A DNA stretch of 64,000 bases, from positions 14,902-78,901 of the forward strand of contig CALRCK010000003.1 in the NCBI GenBank assembly GCA_943354605.1, read 5' to 3'. Of the stretch, positions 8,855 through 19,841 are shown in pieces. Position 1 is the first letter of the stretch; each line of letters opens with the position of its first letter. Below the pieces are notes generated by a model. That model saw only the letters and a list, made by a program, of their open reading frames with translations, was not told the DNA's origin and searched no databases. Made by a program: the position numbers and the translations under genes. The DNA comes from Candidatus Uhrbacteria bacterium. GTDB taxonomy: Bacteria > Patescibacteriota > Patescibacteriia > UBA9934.

Positions 8855-9187
8855 TTATCGACGAACGAACATGCGCTCTGCACGCTCTGAGGATTCTCGA
8901 TCGTAATCAGCGAACTTTCGATCGATATACTCTTTCGACGGCATCTCTGCTCGAGTCCGCTCGATCTTTGCATCAAGCCGTTGCTCTACGCCGTCAATCT
9001 TTACGTGGAGTTCGCTGAATCGCTCATCGGTTGACGTCGAGAGATCCTGGATTAACTCAACAACTTCGTCCCGTACATCGTCGATTTTTTTATCGAGACC
9101 GTCGAATCGGCCTTCAAGACCATCGAATCGGCCTTCGAGTGCCTGGATTGCTCTGAGAATATCGTTCGTGGATACTTCGGGTTCCAT
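8855..9187 (-). CDS. hypothetical coiled-coil protein
   Basis: 110-aa charged ORF with internal tandem repeat LEGRFDGLEGRFDGL; stop 3 nt from murB start (operon-like). Confidence 0.4.
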   Translation of the reverse strand: MEPEVSTNDILRAIQALEGRFDGLEGRFDGLDKKIDDVRDEVVELIQDLSTSTDERFSELHVKIDGVEQRLDAKIERTRAEMPSKEYIDRKFADYDRESSERAERMFVRR

Positions 9188-9268
9188 ATAGCAGCTAGAG
9201 TAGCATAAATATCCGACAAAACGGAATTCTTCACAGAAACACGCAAAACGTCTATCCTACGCACATCT

Positions 9269-10516
9269 ATGATGACATTCTCGCACGACACGGAAATTGC
9301 TCAGGCCATGCAAAATGAGCTTGAACGTCAGCGCCACGGATTAGAAATGATTCCATCTGAGAACTTCGTTTCTGAAGCCGTGCTCGCCGCACTGGGAAGC
9401 GTTGCGACAAACAAATACGCAGAAGGATTGCCAGGCAAGCGCTACTACGGCGGATGCTTGCATATCGACGTGATTGAGTCCATCGCCATTGAACGCGCAA
9501 AGAAATTATTCGGCGCTGAGCACGTCAACGTGCAGCCACACTCTGGTGCACCGGCAAACAACGCTGTCTACGCCGCGCTTCTTCAGCCAGGCGACACGGT
9601 GCTTGGTATGGATCTTTCGCACGGCGGACACCTTACCCATGGCCATCCGGTTACTGATGCTGCAAAGCGCTACAACTTCCTTCGGTATAAAACGACCGCC
9701 GATGGCACTATCGACTACGAAGAAATCGAAAGCCTCGCGCGCGAGCACAAGCCAAAGATGATTCTCGTCGGCTATTCTGCGTACACTCGAGAAATCGACT
9801 ACACTCGTATCGCGAAAATCGCCGCAGAAGTTGGCGCGCTGACGATGGCCGACATTGCCCACATCGCCGGCCTCATCGCCGCCGGAGAAATGAACAATCC
9901 CGTTCCACTCTTCGATGTCGTGACGACCACGACACACAAAACCCTTCGCGGTCCACGTGGCGGAATGATCATGTGCAAAGAGATTCATGCAAAGGCTATT
10001 AATAAATCCGTGTTTCCTGGTTTGCAGGGCGGCCCACATGAGAATGGAATTGCGGCAAAAGCAATCGCATTCGGCGAAGCATTGCAGCCAGAGTTTCAGG
10101 AATACGCAAAGCGCATTCGTGCGAATGCGAAAACATTGGCTGACGAGCTTTCAAAGCGCGGATTCACATTGCTCTTTGGCGGAACAGATAATCATCTTCT
10201 CCTCATCGACGTCAGCACCAAGGGCGTTACCGGCGCACAAGCCGAAACTGCACTGGATGCTGCGGGAATCACCGTGAACAAGAATATGATTCCGAACGAT
10301 CCTCGTGGACCAATGGATCCGTCCGGCATTCGTATGGGCACGCCAGCAATTACCACTCGCGGCCTGAATGTGGAGCACATGCCAATCATCGCGGAATGGA
10401 TTGACCGCGCAATTCTCAATCACGCCGATCCTGCTATGCTCAGGAGTATCGCCGACGACGTTCGAAAACTGATGTCGGGGTTCCCGCTGTATCCAAACCT
10501 CACGTATACAACATAA
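9269..10516 (+). CDS. glyA: serine hydroxymethyltransferase
   Basis: 415 aa; PLP-dependent SHMT motifs ([33 protein letters not shown] with PLP lysine). Candidate promoter TTCACA-17-TATCCT upstream. Confidence 0.97.
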   Translation: MMTFSHDTEIAQAMQNELERQRHGLEMIPSENFVSEAVLAALGSVATNKYAEGLPGKRYYGGCLHIDVIESIAIERAKKLFGAEHVNVQPHSGAPANNAVYAALLQPGDTVLGMDLSHGGHLTHGHPVTDAAKRYNFLRYKTTADGTIDYEEIESLAREHKPKMILVGYSAYTREIDYTRIAKIAAEVGALTMADIAHIAGLIAAGEMNNPVPLFDVVTTTTHKTLRGPRGGMIMCKEIHAKAINKSVFPGLQGGPHENGIAAKAIAFGEALQPEFQEYAKRIRANAKTLADELSKRGFTLLFGGTDNHLLLIDVSTKGVTGAQAETALDAAGITVNKNMIPNDPRGPMDPSGIRMGTPAITTRGLNVEHMPIIAEWIDRAILNHADPAMLRSIADDVRKLMSGFPLYPNLTYTT

Positions 10517-10526
10517 AACTCCTCAG

Positions 10527-10617
10527 TCATTGCGAGCGTAGCGACTTGTCCCACGGAGGGGGAAGCAATCTCGGTGAACCTGGATTGCCGCGTCGGGATT
10601 ACCCTCCTCGCAATGAC
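10527..10617. repeat. family-2 nested palindromic element (GTCATTGCGAG...CTCGCAATGAC)
   Basis: Terminal inverted repeats GTCATTGCGAG/CTCGCAATGAC enclose nested pairs GGAGGG/CCCTCC and GCAATC/GATTGC; lies between glyA and folD. Related copies at 38234 and 58322. Confidence 0.6.
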
Positions 10618-10634
10618 GGAAGTCTGAATCGTGT

Positions 10635-11477
10635 ATGACCGAAATTCTCAACGGAAAAATTCTCGCGAAAACCATTCGCGACAAAGCAAAGCTCCGCGTG
10701 GAAGCTATGGAGGCTCCTCCGGGGCTTGCGGTGATTTTGATTGGTGAGAATCCTGCGTCGCAATTGTATGTTCGCCTCAAAATGGAAGCAGCGAAAGACG
10801 TTGGTATTTACGTTGAACGCCACGAATGCCCGGCAGACATCAGCACAGCAGACGCGATCACAAAAGTTCAAGAACTCAACGAGCGCAACGACATTCACGG
10901 AATTTTGGTGCAGCTGCCGCTTCCTGGCGAGCAGGATACCGACGCCATCATCAGTGCAATCATGCCAATCAAAGACGTGGACGGCTTTCACGCAGAGAAC
11001 CGTCGGCTGCTTCTTGCAAGCACGCCAAACCTTGTTCCACCAACCGCGCTTTCGCTCATGCGACTCATTCAAGCAACACGCATTCCGCTTCGCGGAAAAA
11101 CTGCAGTCATTCTTGGAAACTCACACATTTTCGCCGAACCAATCATCGAATTGCTTCGCGATGCCGGCGTCACGGCAACATTTGTTCCAAAAGACACCGA
11201 AGGTCTTGCCGCAATTACCCGAGCCGCCGACATCCTCATCGTTGCCGTAGGCATCGCGAACTTCGTCACCGCAGACATGGTCAAACCATCCGCCGTCGTC
11301 CTCGACGTTGGCGCCAATAAATCTGGCGACAAAACCATCGGCGACGTCTCAGAAACCGTCATCGGCCACGCCGGATTCCTCTCCCCCGTCCCCGGCGGCG
11401 TTGGTCCACTCACCGTGGCGTATCTTTTACTGAACGTCATCAAAGCGATGGAGCTGCAGGAACGGCTGAGGGGGTAA
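10635..11477 (+). CDS. folD: bifunctional methylenetetrahydrofolate dehydrogenase/cyclohydrolase
   Basis: 280 aa; N-terminal ILNGK, YVRLK catalytic lysine region, GILVQLPLP, C-terminal NAD(P)-binding domain GKTAVILGNS. Confidence 0.95.
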   Translation: MTEILNGKILAKTIRDKAKLRVEAMEAPPGLAVILIGENPASQLYVRLKMEAAKDVGIYVERHECPADISTADAITKVQELNERNDIHGILVQLPLPGEQDTDAIISAIMPIKDVDGFHAENRRLLLASTPNLVPPTALSLMRLIQATRIPLRGKTAVILGNSHIFAEPIIELLRDAGVTATFVPKDTEGLAAITRAADILIVAVGIANFVTADMVKPSAVVLDVGANKSGDKTIGDVSETVIGHAGFLSPVPGGVGPLTVAYLLLNVIKAMELQERLRG

Positions 11478-11643
11478 GGGAACGAACGATTCAACGGGTG
11501 GCGCCGAGGGAGGTCCCCGTACGGGGCGCAACGAGCGCCGCATGCATTCGATGCTTACGCAAAAGATTCATGCGCGAGCTGAGCACCGTAACGGGGTCCG
11601 AGGCGACAGGACCCGTTGATGAGTGAGCGAAACAAATCCAGCT

Positions 11644-14160
11644 CTATTTCAAATACTTCCGCAAATACTTTCCGGTGTGGCTTTTTGGTTTACGGGCGAT
11701 GTCTTCGGGGGTACCGACGCCGACGACGGTGCCGCCCAAGTCGCCGCCTTCTGGGCCCATGTCAATGAGCCAATCGGCGGTTTTAATGACGTCGAGGTTG
11801 TGTTCGATGACGATCATCGTGTTTCCTTTATCGACGAGCTGATGAAGAACATCGAGCAACTGTTTCACGTCGTCAAAGTGCAAGCCGGTTGTTGGTTCGT
11901 CCAGGAGATACAATGTTTTTCCTGTTTGTCGTTTCGATAACTCCGATGCGAGCTTCACGCGTTGCGCCTCGCCGCCAGAGAGTGTTGTCGCAGACTGACC
12001 AAGCGTGATGTATGAAAGACCAACCTCATTCAAGGCCTTTAGCTTATCGGCGATGTCCGGAATGTCCTTGAAGAACATCTCGGCCTCCTCAATGGTCATG
12101 TCGAGCACTTGGCTGATGTTTTTTTCCTTATAAACGACCTCGAGCGTTTCGCGATTGAAACGTTTTCCTTTACACACTTCGCACGTCACATACACCGTTG
12201 GCAGGAAGTGCATTTCAATTTCAATTTCGCCATGGCCTTCACAGTTCTCGCATCGTCCACCAGGAACGTTAAAGCTAAAGCGGCCTGGCTTGTAGCCACG
12301 GAATCGTGCTTCTTCTGTTGCCGTAAACAACTCACGAATTGGCGCCCATGCACCGGTGTATGTTGCCGGATTGCTTCGCGACGTACGGCCGATGGCGCCT
12401 TGGTCGATGAGAATCGCTTTGTCGATGTATTCAACGCCGAGGACGGACTTCGCGGCTCCAGGAGCATCTTTGCCACCGTACAATTTCTTCGCGATGGCTT
12501 TGTACATCACGTCGTATGCAAGTGTTGATTTCCCGGATCCCGACACACCAGTAACACAAATGAATCGACGCAACGGAAAGTCGACATCGATATTCTTAAG
12601 GTTGTTCTCCGTCGCGCCGCGAACCTTAATCGCTCCGACCGAACTATCGCGCCGTTCCTCGGGGGTTTCGATCTTCGCATCACCACGAAGATACGCCGCG
12701 GTTCGAGACTTCTTGTTCTGGAATACCTCCGGCGTCTTTCCTTCGGCAACCACATATCCCCCGTGCTTTCCTGCACCGGGACCAATCTCCACCATGTAAT
12801 CCGATCGGCGAATGGTGTCTTCGTCGTGTTCAACAACGAGCACCGTGTTACCGATGTCGCGCAAATGCTCGAGGGTTTCGATGAGCCGCTCATTGTCGCG
12901 CTGGTGCAAACCAATCGTGGGCTCGTCGAGCACGTACAGCGCTCCGACGAGGCTCGATCCAATCTGCGATGCCAAACGAATACGCTGTGCTTCACCACCA
13001 GAAAGCGTTCCCGCGGTTCGATTGAGTGTGAGGTAATGCAAACCCACATCGAGCATGAACGATAATCGCGATTCAATTTCCTTCAAGACGGCGCTCGCAA
13101 TGGTTCGTTCACGATCGGAAAGTCCGAGTTCAAGGAAGAACGTCACGGCAGCGTCGATTGACATTGCGGTAACATCGACAATCGATTTCGCTCCGATGAA
13201 AACAGAAAGCGCTTCCTTGCGTAGTCGTGCGCCATGACACGTTTCACAAATCTCCGACGAGAACAGATCAACAGTTCCCAAACCTGAACACGCCGCACAG
13301 GCGCCATACGGACTATTGAAAGAAAACAAACGAGGCTCGATGTCGGGAAATGAAAAACCACACTCGACACAACTAAACTTGGACGACAACAGCCGTTCTT
13401 CTTTGTTTGGCAGAACCGCAATCGCAAGATCCGATCCTTGTGAAAGTGCCTTCTCGAGCGCCTCACTCAAACGCTGACGGTCGTCCTTCTTTGGCGAAAG
13501 CAGTGTGCTCGCAGGCAACGTGTCGATGACGACTTCAATAGTGTGTTGTTTGTAACGCGACAGCTCAATCTTTTCGCTGAGCCGATGAAGCTTCCCGTCC
13601 ACACGCACCTTTGCAAATCCACTGTTGTAGAGGTCGTACAGAAGCTGGTAGTATTCACCCTTTCGTCCGCGAATGATCGGTGCAAGAATCAATACTTCAT
13701 CGCCCGACTTCAACTTTGCAATCCCCTCGACATCGCGAATCACGATATCGCTCATTTCGTCCACGGTAAGCTTCTCGATCTTTTTATGACAGTTCGGACA
13801 AAACGGGACGCCAATGCGAGCGTACAAGACACGAAGATAATCGTAAATCTCGGTGATCGTCGCAATCGTTGACCGAGGGTTTCGAGAATGTGCTTTTTGG
13901 TCAATCGAAATTGCTGGCGACAATCCTTCAATCTCGTCAACATCCGGCTTTTGCATCTGTCCCAAGAATTGCCGAGCGTAGGCCGACAAGGATTCTACGT
14001 ATCGGCGCTGGCCCTCTGCAAAAATCGTATCAAACGCCAAACTCGACTTTCCGCTTCCCGAAAGCCCGGTAATACAAATCATCTGATTCCGCGGCAACGA
14101 AACCGTGATGTTCTTGAGGTTGTGCTGACGCGCACCTTTCACAACAATGTGGTTGAGCAT
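11644..14160 (-). CDS. uvrA: excinuclease ABC subunit A
   Basis: 838 aa; two ABC ATPase modules ([14 protein letters not shown] and [13 protein letters not shown] Walker A, LSGGEAQR signatures) and zinc-finger cysteines. Confidence 0.95.
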   Translation of the reverse strand: MLNHIVVKGARQHNLKNITVSLPRNQMICITGLSGSGKSSLAFDTIFAEGQRRYVESLSAYARQFLGQMQKPDVDEIEGLSPAISIDQKAHSRNPRSTIATITEIYDYLRVLYARIGVPFCPNCHKKIEKLTVDEMSDIVIRDVEGIAKLKSGDEVLILAPIIRGRKGEYYQLLYDLYNSGFAKVRVDGKLHRLSEKIELSRYKQHTIEVVIDTLPASTLLSPKKDDRQRLSEALEKALSQGSDLAIAVLPNKEERLLSSKFSCVECGFSFPDIEPRLFSFNSPYGACAACSGLGTVDLFSSEICETCHGARLRKEALSVFIGAKSIVDVTAMSIDAAVTFFLELGLSDRERTIASAVLKEIESRLSFMLDVGLHYLTLNRTAGTLSGGEAQRIRLASQIGSSLVGALYVLDEPTIGLHQRDNERLIETLEHLRDIGNTVLVVEHDEDTIRRSDYMVEIGPGAGKHGGYVVAEGKTPEVFQNKKSRTAAYLRGDAKIETPEERRDSSVGAIKVRGATENNLKNIDVDFPLRRFICVTGVSGSGKSTLAYDVMYKAIAKKLYGGKDAPGAAKSVLGVEYIDKAILIDQGAIGRTSRSNPATYTGAWAPIRELFTATEEARFRGYKPGRFSFNVPGGRCENCEGHGEIEIEMHFLPTVYVTCEVCKGKRFNRETLEVVYKEKNISQVLDMTIEEAEMFFKDIPDIADKLKALNEVGLSYITLGQSATTLSGGEAQRVKLASELSKRQTGKTLYLLDEPTTGLHFDDVKQLLDVLHQLVDKGNTMIVIEHNLDVIKTADWLIDMGPEGGDLGGTVVGVGTPEDIARKPKSHTGKYLRKYLK

Positions 14161-14183
14161 AGATTCGGCAGGAGCGATGGAGA

Positions 14184-16670
14184 TTACCGCGAATCAGCTG
14201 GTGCCGCAACCCGGCGACGTCGGTGCAAAACAATTGTTATTCTGCCATACAACCATCCTCCGTGGCGTTCCTGAATTTGGGCCTCAAGAACAACAGCGAA
14301 AGAATCCTTTCGGAATTCCACTCGTTGGAATGCGATGTTACGAATTTTTCCAGAACCGAATGTGGACCCAATCGACCCCAAGAGTTCCTGTTGAATTGCC
14401 GCATGACGTTCCCAAGAATCTTCGTCGACTTCCCCCTCGTCAACCCACCCATCAATACTGTCCTGAGGAATGCGCTGAGCGGCGCCGAAGAGAACAATAC
14501 TCAGTTTTTCTTGGGCTTCCTGAACAGGGATACTGATTTCTTTTGGCCAGGCCAGCTCCGGAATATCCCAATCGTACACCACCGGAATGTGGGCGTTATC
14601 AATATAAAGGCCCTCCTTTGCTCGCTCAAACGCTCGACGAGTCTCATGCAACCGCTTCTGATGAAATTGCAGCCGTTTTGTTCGTGCGGCACCAGGCTTC
14701 CCCACTGTCCGTGCATGCCGCACAACATCACGAAGTTCTGAATAGGCGTCGCGAGCTTCACGCAGCTCCTGATACTCCTTTCGAAATTGTTTTGGACATG
14801 GATACGGAATATGTTCTGTATATTCATCAAGAATCGATTCGTCAAAAAATTCCGTTCCGCAAGAAAGCATCGATTCCGTTGGCGGTGTAGGCATTGGAGA
14901 ACTTGACGTAGCATCTTGCGATTGCGGGATATTCACAAACGCATGAACAAACGAATCTCCATTTTTTCCATGACGAACATACCCGACAGACATCTGTATT
15001 CCACGAGCACTCGCGACAAGAGAAACATTCGGCTCAAAACCATACCGATTTTGGAGCACCGCTTTCACTGCATCCAGAAAACTCGTTGCAATGCGACGCC
15101 GATCGTCTTCGAAACCACGGGTGCCGTAATATTCACAAAGCACATCGATATCTCGTGAAGAAAACTCTCCAACCACGTCGAGCACATTACGTATCACGTT
15201 GTTCTCCTCAGAATATTCGTCAAGGGTTTCTATGTCGCGACACTCAATATTTGAAACGTAAGGAATGAAACGACCTTCTGGACGCAGTCTGCCATACGCA
15301 CGGCGAGCAGATGCAGCACCGCGGCGAAACGCCTGGCGCAACTCATGAATTTTTTTCGGCGCGTCATCTTCGCTCGTGTCGTCTTCTCCAGTAGACGATT
15401 CATTCGTTCCACGAAGCACGTCGTACATTTGCCCACACTTGGCATACACGTCCTCGTGAAGCGTGAAAAATGTTTGCAGGTCCTCTGCATATTTTTGAGG
15501 AACAACCCGAACGTTCAAAATGTCAACATCCAAAAGTTGCGTTTCGTCTTCCAACAAACTGTCCATGCGTTCATACAATCCACGAATTGCATTGATATGC
15601 ATGCTCATGGATTCCAACGGTACGTCAATCAAGGCGTACACCATGCGATCTTTCAAACGAGGATATTTTTCAATAAACGGGATACACGCAGCGAGCGCTA
15701 ACGAAATCTGAGATACGAGAAGGCGATCCGCGCCACTTTCTGAAGACTTCCCTTCAAAGAGATGTTCGTAAAGCTTCCCCTGCAATGTCGCATTCACGTC
15801 ACGAATTCTTCCTTCACGAAGATATGCAAGAACTTCGTCCTTGATGACTCGGCGACGTTTTTCTTGTTCAAGAATCGCCCTTCGCTCGTGCGCTGGAAGC
15901 CGAAGCATCGACGGACGAGGAGTCTCCATATCCGTCAAACTCACAAGGCCTTCATTAATCCAATGCTGAATTTCGTGAATCATGATTGCGTCGTTTTCAA
16001 CGTTCCCCTGCAACGCTCCACGACGCGTGACCAACGGAACTTGGCGATTCGCGATATTCACCATCTGGGCGCGATGGAATCGGCCACCGCTTCGTTCGTC
16101 TGGCGTTCGTTCGTTGTAAATATCGTTGTACGAATTTTCATCATTCACGGACATGAAAAGAAATCCGTGTACACGCGTCAGCTGGAGATCCTCGGCCCGT
16201 TGTACCTGTGCAAATCGATGAACCATGTCTTTATACAGTTCTTGCCCGAGATTTGCGGCAGACGGCCGAAGCCCCTGTCTTCGAACACTCTTCGTCAGTT
16301 CGTCCATAACGCTCCTTGCGTCTTCTGACTGTTGTCGAAATCGCTCAGCAACGACTCCGCACGCACGCAAAAAGTTCCGGTCCACTGTTCCAGCAGGAAG
16401 ATCAATGGACGACAACATGTCGCTCAAAGAAGGATTTTGCGGTCCAGAACGAAAATACGACTCCACGCGCAATGCCACATCGGCACGCTGAAGCCTACGC
16501 CATACCGCCTCGTCACGCCGACGCTCGGCACGTTTCTCTGGAGTCTCCACCGAGTTGCGAACAAGAAATTTCCCCGTATCAAGCGGAGTTTGCTCACGCG
16601 GCTCACCCTGCGGCTTTGCATCGTGATGCGTTGGCGCACCTTCTGGTATTTTTGGGCCTCCAAATGGCAT
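14184..16670 (-). CDS. large hypothetical protein with HExxH motif (IMIHEIQHW), embedded between uvrB and uvrA
   Basis: 828-aa ORF, highly charged, no TM segment. Starts 9 nt after uvrB stop and ends 23 nt before uvrA start on the same strand. Single zinc-metallopeptidase-like HEIQH motif near residue 232; rest has no recognisable domain. Confidence 0.6.
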   Translation of the reverse strand: MPFGGPKIPEGAPTHHDAKPQGEPREQTPLDTGKFLVRNSVETPEKRAERRRDEAVWRRLQRADVALRVESYFRSGPQNPSLSDMLSSIDLPAGTVDRNFLRACGVVAERFRQQSEDARSVMDELTKSVRRQGLRPSAANLGQELYKDMVHRFAQVQRAEDLQLTRVHGFLFMSVNDENSYNDIYNERTPDERSGGRFHRAQMVNIANRQVPLVTRRGALQGNVENDAIMIHEIQHWINEGLVSLTDMETPRPSMLRLPAHERRAILEQEKRRRVIKDEVLAYLREGRIRDVNATLQGKLYEHLFEGKSSESGADRLLVSQISLALAACIPFIEKYPRLKDRMVYALIDVPLESMSMHINAIRGLYERMDSLLEDETQLLDVDILNVRVVPQKYAEDLQTFFTLHEDVYAKCGQMYDVLRGTNESSTGEDDTSEDDAPKKIHELRQAFRRGAASARRAYGRLRPEGRFIPYVSNIECRDIETLDEYSEENNVIRNVLDVVGEFSSRDIDVLCEYYGTRGFEDDRRRIATSFLDAVKAVLQNRYGFEPNVSLVASARGIQMSVGYVRHGKNGDSFVHAFVNIPQSQDATSSSPMPTPPTESMLSCGTEFFDESILDEYTEHIPYPCPKQFRKEYQELREARDAYSELRDVVRHARTVGKPGAARTKRLQFHQKRLHETRRAFERAKEGLYIDNAHIPVVYDWDIPELAWPKEISIPVQEAQEKLSIVLFGAAQRIPQDSIDGWVDEGEVDEDSWERHAAIQQELLGSIGSTFGSGKIRNIAFQRVEFRKDSFAVVLEAQIQERHGGWLYGRITIVLHRRRRVAAPADSR

Positions 16671-16679
16671 ACCGAATTA

Positions 16680-18764
16680 TTATACTTGATGACGTCCTTG
16701 CGCCTTCTTTCGAGGTTTCTTCTTACCCATACCCGTCAACTCTTTACTGAGCATCGCAATCTCGTCTCGGAGAATCGCCGCGGTTTCGAATAAAAGGTTT
16801 GCCGCAGCGTTATCCATCTCAATTTCCTTCTCGCGAATCGCTTCCTCAATCTCCATTGGCGTTGCACTGATTTCGATATCGAGAATCTTCGACGTGTCGG
16901 CATCGAAATTCCGATCAAGTTCCGCACGAATATCCTTAATGGTCTTGATGATGGTCTGCGGTGTGATGTTGTGTACAACGTTGTACGCGATTTGAATGTT
17001 TCGACGGCGTTCGGTTTCCTTCAGCGCCCGGTCGAGCGATCCGGTCATCTTGTCCGCATACAAAACAACTAAACCGTTCACGTTACGCGCAGCGCGACCG
17101 ATCGTTTGGATGAGCGAGGTCTCCGATCGAAGGAACCCTTCCTTATCTGCATCGAGCACGCCAATAAGCGAAACTTCTGGAAGATCGAGGCCCTCACGAA
17201 GAAGGTTTACGCCAACCACAACGTCGTACGCACCGCGACGAAGCTCCGAAAGAATCGTGATTCGATCAAGCGTTTCAACATCGGAATGCAAGTACGCCAC
17301 CTTCATGCCACCTTCCTTGAGGTACGTCGCCAAATCCTCGGCCATTTTCTTTGTGAGTGTCGTCACGAGCGCGCGTTCGCCTTTCGTTACGCGGTCTTTG
17401 ATACGTTCGATGATATCGGCAACTTGGCCGGGATATTCAGACGCCGCTGGATCCCCGCCTTCGCGGGGATGACCAGAAACTGATGAGGCCGTCACTGGCA
17501 ACACCAGCGTCTCAGGATCGACTAATCCCGTTGGACGAATAATCTGCTCAACAATGTTCTGCGACGTTTCTTTTTCAACAACACCCGGCGTTGCCGAAAC
17601 ATAAACGGCTTGACCGATCGTTTCATCGAACTCCTGGTACGTCAGTGGCCGATTATCCTTCGCACTTGGTAGTCGGAAACCGAAATCCACCAACGTCTGC
17701 TTTCGTGCCTGGTCGCCCGCAAACATTCCACCAATCTGCGGAAGCGTGACGTGCGATTCGTCGATAATCGTCAAAAAGTCTTTCGGGAAATACGACAGCA
17801 GCGTGTGCGCCGGTTCACCAATACGTCGGCCGTCGAAATGGCGAGAGTAATTTTCAATGCCGCTGCAGTATCCAACGTTCCGGATCATCTCAATGTCGTA
17901 TCGTGTGCGGCGCATTAAGCGTTCCGATTCTAACAGCTTCCCTTCTTTTTCGAATTCCTTTAATCGATCAGCAAGCTCTGCCTCGATGTCGCGGATGGCG
18001 CGTTCGCGTTCGGTGCTGTCGGACATAAAGTGCTTTGCTGGGAAAAACCATGCGTCTTCGTTCTGCACGATAATCTTTCTCGTCACTTTATTCAACGCAA
18101 AAATTTCACGTACCGCATTGCCCTCGATGACGATGCGGTACACCGTTTCATCGCTTGGCGGCATCACCTCGATAACGTCGCCGTTTGCGCGGAAATGTCC
18201 ACGAGTCAGGTCCGCATTCGTTCGTTCGTATTGCATCGCCACAAGTTGGCGAAGAAACTCTGCGCGGTCGATACGGTCGTTGACGCGCAAATGAAGCACC
18301 TCGCGCTTGTACGCTTCCGGCGAACCCAAACCATAAATACAGCTCACCGATGCGACCACAATGACATCACGACGGGAAAGCAACGATTGCGTTGCTGCGT
18401 GGCGAAGACGATCAATTTCCTCGTTAATCTGTGCGTCCTTTTCAATATACGTATCGGTTCGCGGCATGTATGCCTCTGGCTGGTAGTAGTCGTAATACGA
18501 AACGAAATACGACACCGCATTCTCCGGGAAAAACTCCCGGAATTCGGAGCACAGCTGTGCGGCAAGTGTTTTGTTGTGCGCAATCACCAAGGTCGGCTTC
18601 TGCACGTTCTGAATAACGTTTGCCATCGTAAACGTCTTTCCCGAACCCGTAACCCCAAGCAACGTCTGCCGGTGCAGGCCGTCGTTGATGCCATCGGTGA
18701 GATCTGAGATGGCTTTCGGCTGATCACCGGCTGGCTGGTATTTGGATACGAGGTTGAACGACAT
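16680..18764 (-). CDS. uvrB: excinuclease ABC subunit B
   Basis: Start reassigned to MSFNLVSKYQPAGDQPKAI (canonical UvrB N-terminus). Helicase motifs (GVTGSGKT, DESH), beta-hairpin, C-terminal UVR domain. Contains an in-frame palindromic element at 17447..17473 encoding SGHPREGGDP. Confidence 0.95.
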   Translation of the reverse strand: MSFNLVSKYQPAGDQPKAISDLTDGINDGLHRQTLLGVTGSGKTFTMANVIQNVQKPTLVIAHNKTLAAQLCSEFREFFPENAVSYFVSYYDYYQPEAYMPRTDTYIEKDAQINEEIDRLRHAATQSLLSRRDVIVVASVSCIYGLGSPEAYKREVLHLRVNDRIDRAEFLRQLVAMQYERTNADLTRGHFRANGDVIEVMPPSDETVYRIVIEGNAVREIFALNKVTRKIIVQNEDAWFFPAKHFMSDSTERERAIRDIEAELADRLKEFEKEGKLLESERLMRRTRYDIEMIRNVGYCSGIENYSRHFDGRRIGEPAHTLLSYFPKDFLTIIDESHVTLPQIGGMFAGDQARKQTLVDFGFRLPSAKDNRPLTYQEFDETIGQAVYVSATPGVVEKETSQNIVEQIIRPTGLVDPETLVLPVTASSVSGHPREGGDPAASEYPGQVADIIERIKDRVTKGERALVTTLTKKMAEDLATYLKEGGMKVAYLHSDVETLDRITILSELRRGAYDVVVGVNLLREGLDLPEVSLIGVLDADKEGFLRSETSLIQTIGRAARNVNGLVVLYADKMTGSLDRALKETERRRNIQIAYNVVHNITPQTIIKTIKDIRAELDRNFDADTSKILDIEISATPMEIEEAIREKEIEMDNAAANLLFETAAILRDEIAMLSKELTGMGKKKPRKKAQGRHQV
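17447..17473. repeat. family-1 palindromic element (CTGGATCCCCGCCTTCGCGGGGATGAC) inserted in frame in uvrB
   Basis: Same stem ATCCCCGC/GCGGGGAT as the other copies; read here in a different frame from secA and GT1. Confidence 0.8.
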
Positions 18765-18866
18765 AATAGCAATTTCACCCTCGAGTGTTTCTCTAGGGGT
18801 ACGTGTCATCGGCTGTTCTTCTACTATACCAAACAAAATACGAACGGACAATCAATATCCACAGAA

Positions 18867-19841
18867 GTGCTACAATCGATGGCGAAGCTAAGCTTAGACA
18901 AAAAAATCACCGGAAACCCCTTATATTTTGCAAAACAAATTTTGGCGAAGCTAAGCTTCGCCGTCTCACCGTCCTCCAGTCGTATGCGGTTCAAGCTGTT
19001 CCAAAATCTCAACCGACTTCGAATCGTGAGGGACGTTTGTCCGTTGCCCGGATTTCCGTCGCACGATGCATGCATCTGGAAAGGGCGGGCAACGCAATCG
19101 CGATTCCCTGTTATCGAACATGCAAACGGCTACACAGTCACCGATTTCAAAAACCGATGTATCACGTGGCACAGAACCTTTACCAACGATCACGATATTC
19201 CGACACTCGAATCGAAAAGCCTCATTCACATTCACGAATGGATTCCACCAACATATATCAAAAAAATTCCTGGCTTCTTTTCTTTCAGCATGGATCATTT
19301 TGAGGCGGTCACCGTCCTCACGCCAGAGCCGACAAAACTTTGGAGCTCGCAAGCTCGACGGCATTTGTCTTCAGCAAGGAAAAATCCCGATCTCAAACTT
19401 CGCCTCGGCACAATCGATGAAGTCGCGAACATGCTACCAATGTCTCAGGTGCCAAAATCGTTGCATCAAACATTTCTCGATTTCGCCAAACGTCACATCG
19501 TCGCGCATCCAGAAGACGTCGAGATTCTCATCGCAACACTCAACGACAAACCCGTCGCAGGATTCATCGCTGGCTATTGCGCCGAGGCAAGGGAAAGCTC
19601 GTACCTCGTGGGCTGTTTTACTGGCGATGGCGGAAAAACACACGCGATGGTTGCGCTCGTGGCGTGGTGGTTTGAACGATGCACCGCGCGCGGCATGGTG
19701 CACGCAAATTTTGGCGACATCGTCGGCCCTCGCCCGTTCCCGTTCGACGACTTCATTGGGTATTCCAACTTCAAAACACACTTCAACATCCATCGCGTGT
19801 GGATGCCAGGAAGTCGGTGGAACATTTCGCTATCGTTGTAA
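18867..19841 (+). CDS. hypothetical protein, possibly FemAB/GNAT-fold acyltransferase-like; start uncertain
   Basis: 324-aa ORF; N-terminal ~40 codons overlap the repeat/promoter region and are probably not coding. C-terminal half (VAGFIAGYCAEARESSYLVGCFTGDGGKTHAMVALVAWWFERC) resembles the FemAB-like acetyltransferase fold, with low certainty. Confidence 0.35.
   Translation: MLQSMAKLSLDKKITGNPLYFAKQILAKLSFAVSPSSSRMRFKLFQNLNRLRIVRDVCPLPGFPSHDACIWKGRATQSRFPVIEHANGYTVTDFKNRCITWHRTFTNDHDIPTLESKSLIHIHEWIPPTYIKKIPGFFSFSMDHFEAVTVLTPEPTKLWSSQARRHLSSARKNPDLKLRLGTIDEVANMLPMSQVPKSLHQTFLDFAKRHIVAHPEDVEILIATLNDKPVAGFIAGYCAEARESSYLVGCFTGDGGKTHAMVALVAWWFERCTARGMVHANFGDIVGPRPFPFDDFIGYSNFKTHFNIHRVWMPGSRWNISLSL
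18880..18962. promoter_or_regulatory. two copies of palindromic motif TGGCGAAGCTAAGCTT (second extended to GGCGAAGCT-A-AGCTTCGCC) in the uvrB upstream/divergent region
   Basis: Direct repeat at 18880..18895 and 18943..18958; each contains the near-palindrome GAAGCTAAGCTTC. An extended -10 TGCTACAAT lies just upstream. Candidate operator for a repressor (SOS-like). Confidence 0.35.
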
